Part shown: one piece after another, positions 36,801 to 51,800 of the stretch | Numbering within the stretch: position 1 is the stretch's first letter | Layout: each line of letters starts with the position of its first letter | Source: Flectonema sp. DT1601 | Taxonomy: Eukaryota | Length of the DNA stretch: 64,000 bases | Reading direction: 5' to 3' | NCBI GenBank assembly: GCA_964019425.1 | Contig: OZ025789.1 | Span: 62,001 to 126,000 of the forward strand | Made by a program: the position numbers and the translations under genes | Notes under the pieces: model-generated | Seen by the model: the letters and a program-made list of their open reading frames with translations, nothing else | What the model was told of the DNA's origin: nothing | Databases searched by the model: none

Positions 36801-39800
36801 GTTTCCATTCGGCAGCTTGTTCGTTGGGATTCCACTGAACTGGACAAATCCGACACGCGCCTTCCCGTCGAGCAACGGAGAGCCTCCGGCAGGCACCCCG
36901 CTCAACGACAGCGACTGAACCCATGTCTTCAGCATCTCCATCAGTCCGTAGAATCCGTGAGGGTGCACTCCGAAGCTCTGGCTCATCGATCCGGAACCGT
37001 CAACCACCAGCACGATGTCCAGCGTCGGGCACTCTCCAAACTTCGACGTCTTGCAGGTTCCCTTGTCCCAGTAACAGTCCCCATCCTTGCGACACCTGCA
37101 CACCTCGAACTCCCCGCAGTTCTTCTCGACGCAAGTATTGTTCAGCCACATGCACTCTCCGTCCTGGTCACACGCCCCCGGTTCACCGTATCTCTTGCAG
37201 TACTTCACCTCGCAGTCAGTTCCCCAACTGCACAGGTCGTCCTTTCCACAAGTCTTTTCATCGGGATGCTCCTTGCACGGCTTGAACGTGCACGCGTTGT
37301 TCTTCCACTCGCAGATTCCTCCGTCCTTCTCCTCGCACTCCACCTGCTGACCCCAGCGGCACTTGATCGTTTCGCACAGGTCTGCGTCCCTATTCCAAGT
37401 GCACTCGGTGTCGTTGTTGCAGAACACCGGCTCGAAGTACACGCAAGGCTGCTTGCTGCAATCCTTTCCGCTTTCGTTCCACACACACGGTCCCTTCGGG
37501 TCCGCCAGACATCCCTGCTGGTTGTCGTGGTCGCAGATCTTTCCGATGCACGTCTTCTTGTCCGCAGGGTCCACCTCGCACTTGTCGTCCTTCTCGCACT
37601 CCACCGTGTCCGGGTGGTTGCAGAGCTCCTCCTTGCGACACGCACCGAGCGTCTGGTTCCACACGCAGTGGTTGTCGGCGTCCGCTGAGGTGCAGTTGTC
37701 CTGCTTGCAGTGCGCCAGGCACGGAGAATCTCCGCAGGACAGCGTCCGGTCGAACCACACACACCCGTCGTCTTTGTTGCAAGGATCCTTGCTCGCGTAC
37801 AATGTGCATGCCACCCCGTCGCTCGTATCCGCGATGAACTTGCCCCATGCGTGGTTCGGATCGCACAGACCCTTCAGCGCCGAGGCCACCTCATCGACCT
37901 GCAGGCTCTGCAGGTGCTGGTCCTTCGGGTCCGACAACGCTCCCGACAACGTCTGCTGCGTCTTCACATCGTCGGTTGACACCGTGCTGAACGGCCTCAA
38001 CGCGATCCCGAACACGTGAACCTGCGCCTGGTCGAGCGCCGCCCTTGCCGCCGTGTACGAGTCCTTGTCGTTCAGCTCCCCGTCTGCCACGATGATCAGA
38101 ACCCTCTTCCTTCCGTCAAACGGCGACGTCTGGAACAAGCTTACCGCCTTCTGAAGACCCCCCAGCAAGTACGTCTGCTTCAGGTCCGGCTGGGCCGCCG
38201 CACTTTCCCCCATGAAGTTCCCCTCGTGGAAATCGGCATCCGCCTCCACCTCGCTCAGCACTCCGCTCAATCTCCCACCGCTTCCCGTCCCCGGCGGCGA
38301 TGACAGCGCCTGCTTTTCGTCGCTCGAAGGCCACTGGCTGCTTCCCGCGAACTGCACCATCGCCAACCGCATCGCCTTCGTCTGCGGCATGCTCGTCGTC
38401 CCGGCAGCCTCCCCACTCAGCGGCAGGGTCGCCGCCCAGTCCCGCACCACTTCCACCAACGCGTAGAACCCGTTCGGGTGCCGTCCGAACGCCCGGCTCA
38501 TCGAAGCCCCTCCGTCGATCAGGAGCACCACGTCAAGCGTCGGACATGTTGCGTACCGCTGGAACGTGCAGTGCGAACCACCGTCCGAGATGCTGAAAAA
38601 GCAGTCCGGATCAGCGTCGCACTCACACTTCTCGAACTCTCCGCAGTCCTTCTCCACGCACTTGTTGTCTTTCCACATGCAATCCCTCTCATCGCTGCAC
38701 GCAACTTGCTCGCCGAACTTCCTGCATGGGAGCTCGGCACACACCGCCGGCGCCTGCTGCACGTCCCAGTGGCATCCGTCCTTGTGGTTGCAGCATTTCT
38801 CGTCAGGGTACACCGCGCACGCCTTTCTGGAGCACGTCAAGCTCTGTTGGCTCCACTGGCACAGCACATCCTTCGAGCACTCCGTTTCGTCCGCGTGCTG
38901 GCAAGGGACCCCCACGCAGGTTCCCTCCCCGCACGCCTCGTCCCACTCGCAGCCAGCTTCTTGGTTGCAACTCGTCTTGTCAACTTGCGTGCAACGGGTT
39001 TCGATGCACGATCCGTTCACAGTGTCCCAAGTACAGTCGAAAGTGCTGTCCGCAATGCAACTCGGCTCATCCGGGTGCAGGCAAGGGGTGTCGATGCACT
39101 TGTTCCCAGTCGCGTTCCACGAGCACTTGTCGTTCTGATCGCATGCGTTCGGATCCGAAATCCCTGGACACACCTCCTTGTTGAAGCACTCCAACACCGT
39201 CGAGTTCCAATTGCAGTCGCCCGTCGAGTTCGCACACTGTTCCTGGGTGCAGTGCTTGACACACGGAGAGTCGAGACACGCGATCAGCACATCAGACCAC
39301 TTGCATCCCACGTCTGATGAACACGGCACCTTGTTTCCGTAGTTGGGGCAAGGGCGGTGCACCCCGGCCTGTTGGGCCTGCGTTTGCGCCGCAATCGCCG
39401 CCTGGTCAACGATGAGGTGTCCCCATGGACCGTTCGGGTCACAGATTCCGTTCAACGCCTTGTCCGGAACCTCGTCGATCATCAGGTTCAAGAAGTGGTC
39501 GTCGTGTGGGTCCGACGTGATCGGCTTCAGCGAAGTTTCCGCATCGATGTCATTCTGCGTCAGCTGGTTCGTTCGCCTCACCACGATCCCGAACGTCTGC
39601 ACATCCATTCCGTCGAGATCGTTCTTCGCCTGCGCGAGCTTATCGTCGTCCTGGATCTTCCCGTCGGTAATGATGATCAGCACCCTCTTCCTTCCGTCAA
39701 CAGGCGACGACGACTTGAAGATGCTTCCGGCGCGCACCAGCGCCTTCTCGATGTACGTTCCAGCCTCGAGGTAGTTTGCCTCGTGCCAGTCAACGTCAGC

Positions 39801-42800
39801 AGACAGCTCCGCCAAGTCTCCAGTCAACCGCCCCCCGGCTCCGACTCCCACAGGCGGAAAGGCCACCGAGTTCACAATATCACCGAACGTGAAGTGCTCA
39901 GGGTGTCCGGAAAACTGCACCAGCGCCACACGAAGCTTCTCGGATCCAGCTCCCGAGTTCGACCCGACAACTGCCTTCTCGCCGCTGAGAGGCAGCGTCT
40001 TTACCCAGTCCCGCACCATCTCCATCAGCGCGTAGAACCCGTGAGGATGGCGTCCGAAGTTCTGGCTCATCGAACCAGAACCGTCGAGGATCATCACCAC
40101 GTCCAGCGTCGGGCACTCCCCGTAGGTCACCTTCACGCAAGATCCCTGTTGCGGTTGCGACGCCAACGCCTTCCAGTAGCATTTCTCGTCCTCAACACAG
40201 TCGCACTTCTCGAGCTTGTTGCAGTCTTTCTCGATACACTTCGTCCGGTCCTTGTCCCACGCGCAGTCGCTGTCAGCTTCGCACGTCGGTTCGTCCCGGA
40301 GCTTCGCGCACGGCTTCTCCACGCACATCGCCGGGGAGATCGACGGGTTCCAGTGGCAGTCCTCAATCCTGTCGCACTGGATCTCGGTCATGTACTCCGT
40401 GCATTTCTTCTGTACACACCCCGTCGAGTTGGTGTTGTTGTTGTTGTCCTTCCACTCGCAGTACGGGTCAGCCACGCAAGGGTCCTTGCGGTCCGCCTTG
40501 CATTTCTCTTCCACACACGTTCCGGCGGTAACTTCAACCCGTCCACTGGCGTCCTTCGGGTCCACGCAAAGCTCCCCAACTCCTCCCCATTCGCAGATGT
40601 ACCCGTCGATTCGCTGGTGGTCACCTGGGAAGTCGTTCCACTCGCCCGAAGGCCAGCGGAAGTGCGCGTAGTTCTCTCCCTCGGTAGCACACGATCCCGG
40701 ACACGCTCCCTTGTAGTTGTTCGGCTCCCCCGCTTCCCAATTCGTGTACATCGGCTTCCCGGTATTCGCATCTGTCGCCGCGACGAAGCTTCCCCCGCTT
40801 CCGCTTCCAATCACCAGACCCACCTGTGATGTCAGGTCGCATCCGCTTTGGTCGGCGGCGTAGGTACACCCGCCGTCCAATCCCTCCGGTCCGACAACCC
40901 ATCCCCACCGTCCTTCGTCATTCTTGTCCGCCGCTCCCATCCATCCCTGGCCCTCGAGCTTCATCTTCGCCACCTGATCTTCCTCCTCCGAGGTGATGGT
41001 GATCAGGTACCCGCGGAGTCCCAGGATCATGTTGTCGGCGGATTCGCACTCTGCCTGCGCCTGTCCCCAGTGGCACTCGCTCGCCGTAGGGTCGACGTTC
41101 TGGCATTCCGTCTTCGAGAAATAGTGGTAGTAGTGTCCAGTCGCTGACGACAGGAACCCGTGACCGTAGTTCCAAGTGATCTTTCTCGGAGATCCGGCGT
41201 CCGACGTCGTCGTGAAGGTCACCGTCGCGATCGCCGCAGCGTACTCGGCCATCGTCTTCGCCGTCGTCGACTTCAAGTACAAGACTCCAGGAACGTCGTG
41301 CCACTCTGCCTCGAACCCGAGGCCCGCGCACTGGTCGCAGGCGAGCACGTCTTTCCCCTTCACGTATCCCTCTTCGACATCAACTGCTGCTCCCTTCACG
41401 GTGTCCGAGCAGCTGCACTTCCCCGAAACGGTGCAGCTCACCGTCGGGAACGGAACCATCGGTTGTCCACGGGCGTACGCCGACACAGTCGAGTTCAAAG
41501 GAATCGTCGTCTGCCACACGCATCCATCTTGCGACGCGACGCATGGTCCCTCCTCAGTCTCCTTGCAAGGGGTCTCAGTACATTCCTGGTTAAGGTTGTT
41601 CCACACGCAGTCATCTGGATCAGCGAGGCATCCCTGTTCGTTGTCTCGGTTGCACTTCTTGTCCACACATGTTGACCCGTCCTTGTCAACCTGGCAGTCC
41701 TTCTGCTTCTTGCAATCCTCTGGCTTTCCAGTGTAGATCTCGCACCCCGTCTTCGGTTCCCGCACGCAGATCGTTCCGTTTGCCCACATGCACCCGTTCG
41801 CGGCATCTGCCGTGCAGTTCTTCTCCTCGCAGTGGTGCAGACACGGACTGTCACCGCACGAAAGAGAGTTGTCGAACCACACGCATCCAGGGTCCGCCAA
41901 GCAACCCGCCTGCCGCAAATGCTGCGGGCAAGGTTGGTGTACGCCTCCGCTCGCAGGGTTCGCTCCCCCCGATCCCTGTTGGGCCGCCTGTCCAAGAACC
42001 AGCGATCCGAAAACGCCGTTCGGGTCACAGATGTCGCCGAGCACCTTCTCCGGAACCTCATCAATCTGCAGGTTCTGGAAGTGAGCGTCATGCGGGTTCG
42101 ACGTAATAGGCTTCAGCGTCTCCTCCGCGTCGAGGTCAGCCTTCGTGTGCTGGGCGCTCCTACGAACAACCACACCGAACACCTTCACCTGCTCGGTGTC
42201 GAGCTCGGACCGCGCTTGCTGCAGAGTGTTCGGGTCGTAGATCCGACCATCGGTGATGATGATCAGCACCCTCTGTCTTCCGTCGTTTGGAGACTGGTGG
42301 AACATGTCGGCCGACATCTGGAGACCCTTCTGGATCATCGTTCCTCTGGAGTAGTAATTCGCCTCGTGCCAGTCAACATCCGCGCTCAGCTCGTCGAAGT
42401 CTCCCGACAGCCTCGTCTCGGTTCCGGTTCCTGGAGGGGTCCCCTTCGCGTCCGCCCGTCCACTCGATGGGCCGTTCTTGTTCTTCCCCGAGAACTGGAT
42501 CAATCCCACTCGGACCTCGCCCGTGTTGGCAGCAGAGTTCAGGCCCACGTCTGCCTTCTCACCGTTCAGTGGCAACGTCTTCATCCAGTCGCGGAGCATC
42601 TCCATCAGTCCGTAGAATCCATGCGGGTGGCGTCCGAAGGGCGCGGACATCGATCCAGACCCATCCAGCAGCAGCACCAGGTCGAGCGTCGGGCACTGAC
42701 CGAACTTGGTCTCAGTACAGAACGGTGTCGGAGCAAGTGAGTTCCAGAAGCACTTCGTCTCCGCCAAACAGTCGCAGCGGTCGAGGTCCTTGCAAACCTT

Positions 42801-45800
42801 GTCAACACACTCGGTCGAGCTGTCGTTGAACGTGCACAGCGGGTCGGTGTTGCACGCCGGCTTGTCCTGGTTCATCGTCGCGCAGTGCTTCACGCTGCAC
42901 TGCGCCGGTGTCAGCGACACGTCCCAGTGGCAAGACGAGTCCTTGTCACAACATCTTTCGTCCGAGTGGACCGTGCACTGCTTCAGACCACATGCGTTGC
43001 TTTTCCACTCGCAATGCTGGTCCGAATTGCAAGCCTGCTCCGTCAGTGCAGGGGCTCCAGGAGCCGCCGCACAACGCTTCTTGATGCACTGGGCTCCGTC
43101 CGTCACACCGTCGCACCCGTCCCACTCGCAGAGCGCATCGCTGTTGCACGCGCTCGAGTTCGTGTGTTTGCACGGCTTCTCCACGCACATTTGCTGAAGG
43201 CCGTCCCACTCGCAACCATTTGGATCGAGGTCGCATTCCGCCTCCGTCTGCTGGTTGCAGATACGCTCCTCGCAGTCCCTCTTCGTCTGGTTCCAGTCGC
43301 ACTTCTGGTCCTTTTCGCAAGTCACGTCATCCTGGTACGAGCACAACGGATTCTTCCAGCATCCCTCGAGACCGGCCACCGACGCGTTCCAGTAGCAGTC
43401 GTTTAGCGTATCGGCTGTGCACCGAGTTTCGTTGCAGTGCTCCACGCACGGCGAGTCAACACACTCGAGTCCGATCGAGCTGAACACGCACCCAGCGTCC
43501 GCCGTGCACAGCACCTGGTCCACGTACTGCGGGCACGGCTTGTGCACTCCAGACTGGTTCTGCGCCGCTGCTCCCGGCAGCAGGAGGGCTCCCCACTTGC
43601 TGTTCGGGTCGCAGAGCCCGTTCAACACCGTGGTTGGCAGCTCGTCGATCATCAGATTCTCAAAATGGTCGTCGTGAGGATCAGACGTGATCGGCTTCAG
43701 CTTCTCCTCCGCGAGGGTGTCCACTGATGTATGTGTTGCCTGCCTACGGAGAACCACTCCGAACACCTCAACGCTTTCCTGGTTCAGAGTCGCCCTCGCT
43801 GATGCGAGCTTGTCATCATCCTTGATCGCACCGTCGGTGATGATGATCAGCACCCGCTTCCTCCCCGCGGGGCTCGCGCGGAACATGTCCCCGGCCCATC
43901 CGAGACCCTGGTTGATGTACGTACCCGCCTGCAAATAGTTCGCCTCGTGGTAGTCGATGTCTGACTGCAACTCCGTCAGCTTTCCAGTCAACGACCCGAA
44001 CGAACCGACTCCGATAGGGCTCTTGATCGCCGCCTTGTCTACAGCCGTTCCGCCGCTGATAGGGATTCCAGAGAACTGGATCACCCCCATGCGCATTCCT
44101 CCGTTCGGCGCCGTCGAGTTCGCCCCCACCTGGTGGCTCTCCCCGGTCAGCGGCAAGGTCTTCACCCAGTCACGAATCATCTCCATCATCGCGTAGAACC
44201 CGTTCGGATGGCGTCCGAAGTTCTGCGACATCGATCCTGATCCGTCCAGCAACAACACCACGTCGAGCGTAGGGCACTGCCCGTAACGGTTCTCCACACA
44301 TTTCCCGCTTCCCGAAGACGTGTCCCAGAAGCACTTCGGCTCCGCCTTGCAGTCGCATCTCTCGAACGGATCGCACACCTTATCAACGCAGCGGTTGGCC
44401 CCGTCGTCCCACACGCAGTCGTCCTTCACGTTGCACGTCGTCGGATCCTTGTTTTTGTTGCAGATCTTCTCCGTGCAGAGCGACGGCGACACGGTCACGT
44501 CCCAGTGGCAGACCGGGTCCTTGTCGCACTCCTTCTCGTTCGGAATTTCGACGCACGGCGCCACCACGCACGGCTCGACATTTCCTCCCACCCACGAGCA
44601 CTTGGGGTTGGCTTTGCAGTCTGTTTCCGTGTCGTTCACGCAGGCCTTCTCCACGCACACTCCAGCAACCAAGTCCGTCACTCCCGTCGCGTCGCTCACG
44701 TCGGCGCACATCTCACCGATTCCTCCCCATTCGCAGATGTACCCGTCGATTCGCTGGTGGTCTCCCGGGTAGTCGTTCCATTCGCCCGAAGGCCACAGGA
44801 AGTGTCCGAAGTCCTCACCGTCCTTGACGCACGATCCCGGGCACGGTCCGCGGAAGTCATTCGGCTCGTTGTTTGCCCAATTTCCGTACATGTCCCTCCC
44901 GGTGTTCGGGTCAACCGCCGGCGCGAAGTTGCCCCCGGTACCGGAACCGAACGGCAATCCCTTCTCAGAAGCGAGGTTGCATGAGCTGCTGGTACTCGAA
45001 TACTGACACCCTCCGGCAGCTCCCTCTGGTCCAGTAACCCAGCTCCATGTTCCTTCCTCGCCAACGTCGCTTGCTCCCATCCATCCCTGACCTTCCAGCT
45101 TCATCCTCGCTACCTCGTCTTCCACCTCGCTCGTGATGGTGATCAAGTACCCGCGGAGTCCCAGAATCTGGTTCGAGTCCGAAGCGCATTGTTCCTGGGC
45201 ATCGCTCCACGTGCACGCCCCGCCAGCGCAAGTCGACTTCGGGTAGAAGTGGTAGAAGCTGCCAGTGTGCGACGAGTAGAATCCGTGACCGTAGTTCCAA
45301 GTGATCCTCCTCTTCCCGGAGTTGTCTGCAGAAGTGCTGAACTCGATGCTGGCAACCGCCTTCGCCAACTCATCCGCCGTTCCGGTCGAAATCGTCAGCA
45401 TCCCGCTCACCGCGTGCCACTCGGCCGTCAGCCCCAGCGACTTGCAAGCAACACAAGTCAGCGTGTCCTTCCCGCTCAGATATCCGTCCTCGATGTCTAC
45501 CGTCGCTCCCGGAAGCACATTCGAACCAATCGTCGTCGTGCAGCTGCACCCGTTCTTCCAGCTCCCAGGGGTCTGGCAGGTCAGTCCCTCGAACGGCTTC
45601 ACCGCAACGTCCTTCTCATACGTCATTTGATTCGCGAGGTTCCCAACTGCCCCAGAGCCACTCGACCAGTCACACATCGGGTCCGCCGCGCAGTCAGACT
45701 GCTTATCGTGAAGGCACGGCTTCCTCGAGCACCCAGGCGTCGGGAGATCCTTCCACTCGCATCCCTCAGGGTCCGACAAACACGTCTGCTCGTTGTCGTG

Positions 45801-48800
45801 CTTGCACGGGTCGTTGGTGCACTCTGCGGCCTTCGCAATCGAGAAGTCGCTCGACGGCGGCGGGCACACGCATCTCCAATCGTCGGTGCTGTTCACCGAA
45901 GTGTTCGGATCGAAGCAAGTCTGCTGGCAGTCCAGGCTTCCCGCCCGACAGTCTACCGTGCACTTGAACCCGTTCGTGTCGCACTCGTCCTCCTCACATT
46001 TGGCAGGCTTCCCAGTCGCCACGTTCGACGACGGAGGTGGGCACTTGCAGAGCCAGTCATTCGTCGACTGCAAAGTCATCTTGGGGTCCTCGCACTCCTG
46101 TCCGGCATCAGAGCAAGTGCTTCCCGCGCAAGTAGGGCACGTCTGCACGCACTCGTCGAGAACACACTTCGCCTGCTGCGTTATCGCGATCCCGACTGAC
46201 GGTGGCGGACACATGCATTCCCAGTCGTGCAACTTCGCGGCGTTCGGGTCCCGACACGTCTGCCCGACTGCTCTACACGTAGCTCCGTTCTCAACACACT
46301 CGTCGACTTCGCAAGTCGCCACCGGAGCTCCGGTCATCACCCCCGAGGTCGGCGGCGGGCACTCGCACTTGAAGTCCTTCTGCGGAGGACACGTCTTCAC
46401 GCTGTCGAAACAAGTCTGTCCAGCCACCAAGCAAATCGTATTGTTTCGGCACTCGTCGCACACGCAGTCCGCCTGCTTTGCCGTTGCCACTCCCCTCCCT
46501 GGGTCGACGCACGTGCACATCCAGTCAGAGACCGAGTCAACCGACTTGTTCGGATCCTCGCACGTTTGCCCAACGCTGGTGCACGTGTGCGAGCCACCCT
46601 GTTGCGTCTGCGCACAGGTCGAGCACACGGCCACGCACTCGTCCAACTGGCACTTGGCAGGAGCCGCCACCGCAGGGGTTCCCACCTGCGGTGGCACGCA
46701 TTCACAGGTCCAGTCCCCGAGGTCCGTGTGCGACTGCTTGTTGTCCACGCACAGCTGTCCCTCCGCCGAGCACACGTTGGTCGGGCTGGTGTCGGTTTGC
46801 GCGCAGGTAGGGCAGGTCACGACGCACTCGTCCAACAAGCAGTCGGTCGGCGTTCCCAAAGTCACGTTTGTTCCGATTGCCGGTGGGGCGCACATGCATA
46901 CCCAGTTTCCATCAACCATCGGGTTTGGGTCGTCGCACACGAACCCGAGATCCGTGCACTTCTTCTTCGCATCATCATCGGTGTTGCATTCTCCCGGATA
47001 CTCGCAGTGCGCAGGAACCTGTTGCCCGCGTACCGCCGCAACCGCAGGAGGAACCACGCACACGCACTCCCAGGTTCCCCTCGTCTTCTTGTCGTCGTCA
47101 ACGCAGACCTGTCCAGCTGCGGTGCACACCTTCTCGTTCTTTGGGTCGTGGCACTCGTCGTCTTCACACGGCGTTGCAGCTGCGGCAATCGCGATGTCCG
47201 TCGCCGGAGGCGGACATTTGCACACCCAATCCGACAGCGAGGTCGCGTCGTGGTTCGGGTCGTGGCAGGTCTGGTTCTGGCTCGAACACGTGTCGTTCGC
47301 ACACGTGGCGCACACCTTCAGACACTCGTCGATATTGCAGTGCGCAGGTGCCGCGTGACCTAACCCTGTCATGGGAGGGATGCACTCGCATGTCCAATCT
47401 CCAGTCGAGGAAGCGGTCTTATCCGGATCGTGGCATTTCTGCTCGCCGGTTGTCGCAGTCTTGCAGACGTCCTTCTCGCAAGTCGGGCAGTCCTTCTCGC
47501 ACTCATCCAGCAAGCAGATCGCTGGTCCCGCGGTCATCGTTCCGTTTGTCGGCGGAAGGCACTCGCACTTCCAGTCTCCCTGCTGATTAAAGTTTGGATC
47601 GACGCACCGCTGCCCGACGTTCGCGCAGATGTCCCCGTGGAGCGTGCACTCGTCAACTTTACAGTCTGCACGACCCCCGACGTTCGTCTTGTTCGAAGGC
47701 GGCGGGCAGATGCACATCCAGTCTCCCTTCGAAGCGGCGTTCATGTTTGGGTCGAGGCAAGTCTGATTCTTGCACGTGTCTTGCTGGACCACACACTCGT
47801 CGATCTTGCAGTCCGCCGCTGCCGCCGTCGCCTTTCCAGTCGATGGTGGAGGGCACGTGCACGTCCAGTCGCTGTGGTGCGTCATCGTCGGGTTCGGGTC
47901 ATTGCAAGTCTGCCCCACGCTCGTGCACGTGTCGTTCGCACACGTTGGGCAGGTCGCCACGCACTCGTCGAGCCTGCAGTTCGCCGGCAGCTGCGAAGGC
48001 TGCGCCCCCGAAGGGAAGATCGTCGTCGGCGGGATGCAGTCACACACGTAGTCGTCTGGCGAACACGGATCCTTGTTCGGATCGCTGCAGCTCTGTCCAA
48101 CCGCCGTGCATCCAACTCCCTTGGTCTTGCACTCATCGTAGATGCACTTGTTGCTTTCCCACGTGCATCTCGCGTCAGCGTTGCACTGCTGCTCGTTGTA
48201 CTGCGGGTCATTCGTAACGAACTTACATGGACAGGTCGGGTCCTCGGCCTTCGAGCACGTCGCGTTCTGCGAGTTCCAAGTGCAGTTGTTTCCCTTGTCG
48301 TTCCTGCAATCCGGTTCCAGACAGTGCATCAAGCATGGCGAGTTCACGCACAGCCCACCGACATCCGACCACACGCACCCCGCGTCCTGGGAGCACGGCG
48401 TCTCCGTCACGTAGTCCGGGCAAGGGTGGTGCACCCCGGTCGTCGGCTTTGGAGGGTCTTTCGCGATCAAGTGTCCCCACGGACCGTTCGGGTCGCAGAT
48501 CGATCCAATCAGGTCTGGGATGTCGTCGATCATGATGTTGCGGAAGTGCTCGTCATGCGGGTCTGATGTGATCGGCTTCAGGGTCTTCTCGGCGTCAAGG
48601 TCGGCTTTCGTGTGCTGATCCTTCTTCCTCACAACGATACCAAAAGTCTGCACACCCTCACGGTCGAGCTCAGCGCGAGCAGGTGCCAGCGACTGCTCAT
48701 CGTAGATCCTACCGTCGGTGAAGATGAACAGGACGCGCTGCCTTCCGTCCACCGGTGAACCGTGGAAGATGTCCCCGGCCATTACCAGCGCCTTCTCAAT

Positions 48801-51800
48801 CATCGTTCCCTTCTTGTAGTAGTTGTTCTCGTGGAAGTCGAGGTCCGCGTCCAGCTCCCCCAGCACCCCGGACAGCCTTCCGTTGGTCGTCCTGGCACCC
48901 GAAGCCGTCTTCGCTTGGCTGCGGCGGTAGTTCTTCCCAGAGAACTGCACGAAGGCGACACGCACCCCGCCATTGTTCGCTGCCGAGTTCAGCCCGACAG
49001 ACGCGTCCTCGCCGTTCAGCGGTAGCTTCCCGACCCAATCCCTCATCATCTCTACCAGCGCGTAGAACCCGTGCGGATGGCTCCCGAAGGTCGATGCCAT
49101 CGATCCCGATCCGTCGAGGATCACACCGATGTCGAGAGTTGGGCACTCTCCGAACTCAATCGCCACGCACTGCCCCTGACCGTTCAATCCCGCTCCCGGT
49201 TTCCAGTAGCACTTCGAGTTCTTGTCGCAAGGACAGCGGGTCGGGTACTTGCTGCAGTCGAGGTCCCTGCACGTTCTCTTCGAATTGTCCCACATGCAAT
49301 CAGTTTCGTTGTTGCACGTGTCCTTGACCCCGATCTTCGGACACTTCTTGTCCCCACACACCGGAGGGGTCACAGTGATGTCCCACTTGCATGCATCCTT
49401 GTGGTCGCAGCATCTTTCGTCGAGGTATTTCGCGCACAAGTTCTCCTTGCAGCTACCGACGACCCCGGTGGCGTCCCACGAGCAGCGCGAATCCGCCGTG
49501 CACTCTCCCGCGTTCGTGTGCTTGCACAGGACCTCCTTGCACGACGACCTCGTGCCGTTGCAGGCGTCCGCCGACCACGCGCAGTTCGGATCCGTCTCAC
49601 AGGTAGTCTTATCCGGGTGCCGGCACTTCTTCTCCACGCACTGGTCCTTCCCCCGCACGTTGATCCACTCGCAGCTGTCGGGGTCGTCCAAGCAGTCCTG
49701 AATGTTGGTGTTCGGCGTGCACTTCTCCTTCTGGCACTTCGGGTCCTTAACGTTGTCCCACACGCACTTCTCTGGCGACTTCACGCACTCGGCAATCGTG
49801 GTGTACGCGCATTCAGTCTTCTTCCAACAATCCCCAGTCGTCGAGTTCCACGCACACAGGTTCACCGTGTCGGCCGTGCACGTAGGATTGTCACAGTGCG
49901 CTGTGCACGGGGAGTCGGCGCAAGCCGTCGATGCCGTGTCCCACACGCACCCGGCGTCCTGCGTGCAATCGTGCGTGTCGGTGTAGTGATCGCACGGCTT
50001 GTGCAACCCACTCTGCCCAGGTGCGTTCGTCGACGACACAATCAAGTGTCCCCACACTCCGTTCGGATCGCAGATGTCCGCGAACACCTGCGACGCCACC
50101 TCGTCGATCTGCAAGTTCTGGAAGTGGTCATCGTGTGGGTCTGACGTGATTGGCTTCAGCGTTTTCTCGGCATCAGTGTCGGCCTTCGTGTGTCCGGATT
50201 GGCGACGCAGCACGATACCAAAGGTCTGCACCTGCTCCTGGTTCAGTACCTGTCTTGCCGGGGCCAGCACATCCGGGTCGTAGATCTTTCCGTCGGTGAC
50301 GATGATCAGAATTCTCTTCCTCGAGCTCACCTTGTGCGAACGATCGAACATGTCACCGACCATTTCAAGACCCAGCTGGATCATCGTACCCTTTCCGAGG
50401 TAGTTGTTCTCATGCCAGTCAAGGTCGTCGTTAATCTCACTTTCGAGACCACTGAGATGTCCTCCAGTGCCAGTATTTCCTCTAGTTTCGATGGCGTTGC
50501 TGCTTCCCCGAGACCACGGCCAAGGCCATCCGCGATTCTTCCCAGAGAATTGCACGAAACCGAGACGCACACCTCCCGTCAACGGACCTCCCGGCGTAGG
50601 CGACGCCGCCGGCTCCCCAGTCAGCGGAAGGGTCTTCACCCAATCACGGAGAATCTCGACCAAAGCGTAGAACCCGTGCGGGTGACGTCCGAAGTTCCTC
50701 GACATTGATCCCGAACCGTCGAGCAGCAGGATGATGTCCATCACAGGGCACTCCCCATATTTCTTGTCAGCGCACTTCACACCACTCCAGAAGCAGTCTG
50801 GATCTTTCTTACACGCGCATTCTTCCATCTTGTTGCACACCTTGTCCACACACTCATTCGTCGTGCTGTTCCACATGCATAATCCGTCGCCATTACATGG
50901 GTCTACGTGTGCGGTAGTCGGGTACGTCGATGGGCAGTACTTTTGCTTGCACACCGCAGGCGCCTGGCTGACATCCCAGTGACAGCTGTCGTCGTGGTCA
51001 CAGCACTTTTCATCCGGGTAGTTCACGCACGGAGCAGGCTCGCAAGACAGCTGCTGGCTCCACACGCAGTAGATGTCCGCCTGGCAACCTGCCTGATTCT
51101 TGTGGCTGTCGAGGGTGCACCTCTTCGGAACACACTTCTGGTCCACCGGGTCTGCGCACACGTCGTCCCAAGTGCAGGCCGGATCAGCTACGCACTCGGT
51201 TTTGTTGTAGTAGCAAGGCGTCTTCACGCAGTCTGGCGGTCGCAGGCTTGTGTCCCACATGCACTTCTCTCCGAGATTCACGCAAGCATCCTCCGTTGTT
51301 GCATCGCACTCCGGCTCGAAGCAAGCAGGGTCCTTCGCCTGATCCCATTGGCACTTGTTTGACTTGCAGTCCGGCTGGTTCTGGAAGTCTTTGCACACAG
51401 CCTTCTCGCACTCGGAGGTTGCGCTCCACAAGCATTTGTTCGTCGGATCGGTTGTGCAATTTTTCTCCTCACAGTGCGAGAAGCAAGGGTGGTCCTCACA
51501 TTTTAGGCTGATGGAATTCCACTGGCACGTTTTCTCCGCGTCGCAACTCACCAACGCTCCAATTTGGCTGCAAGTTGTCACCTGTGGAGTCGAAGATCCC
51601 TGCGTGATGTACGTTCCGAACGGGCTGTTTGGATCACAGAAACCGTCCATAATCGAAAGTGCTTCGTCCACTTGCAGTGAAAGGGCGTGTGTTTCTTTAG
51701 GGTTGGAAACAATCTCCTTCAACGTCACCAAGTTCGCCATGTCACGTGCGGTCGCGCTCGCTCGGCGTCTAAGGAGGATCCCGAATACCTTTACTCCCTC

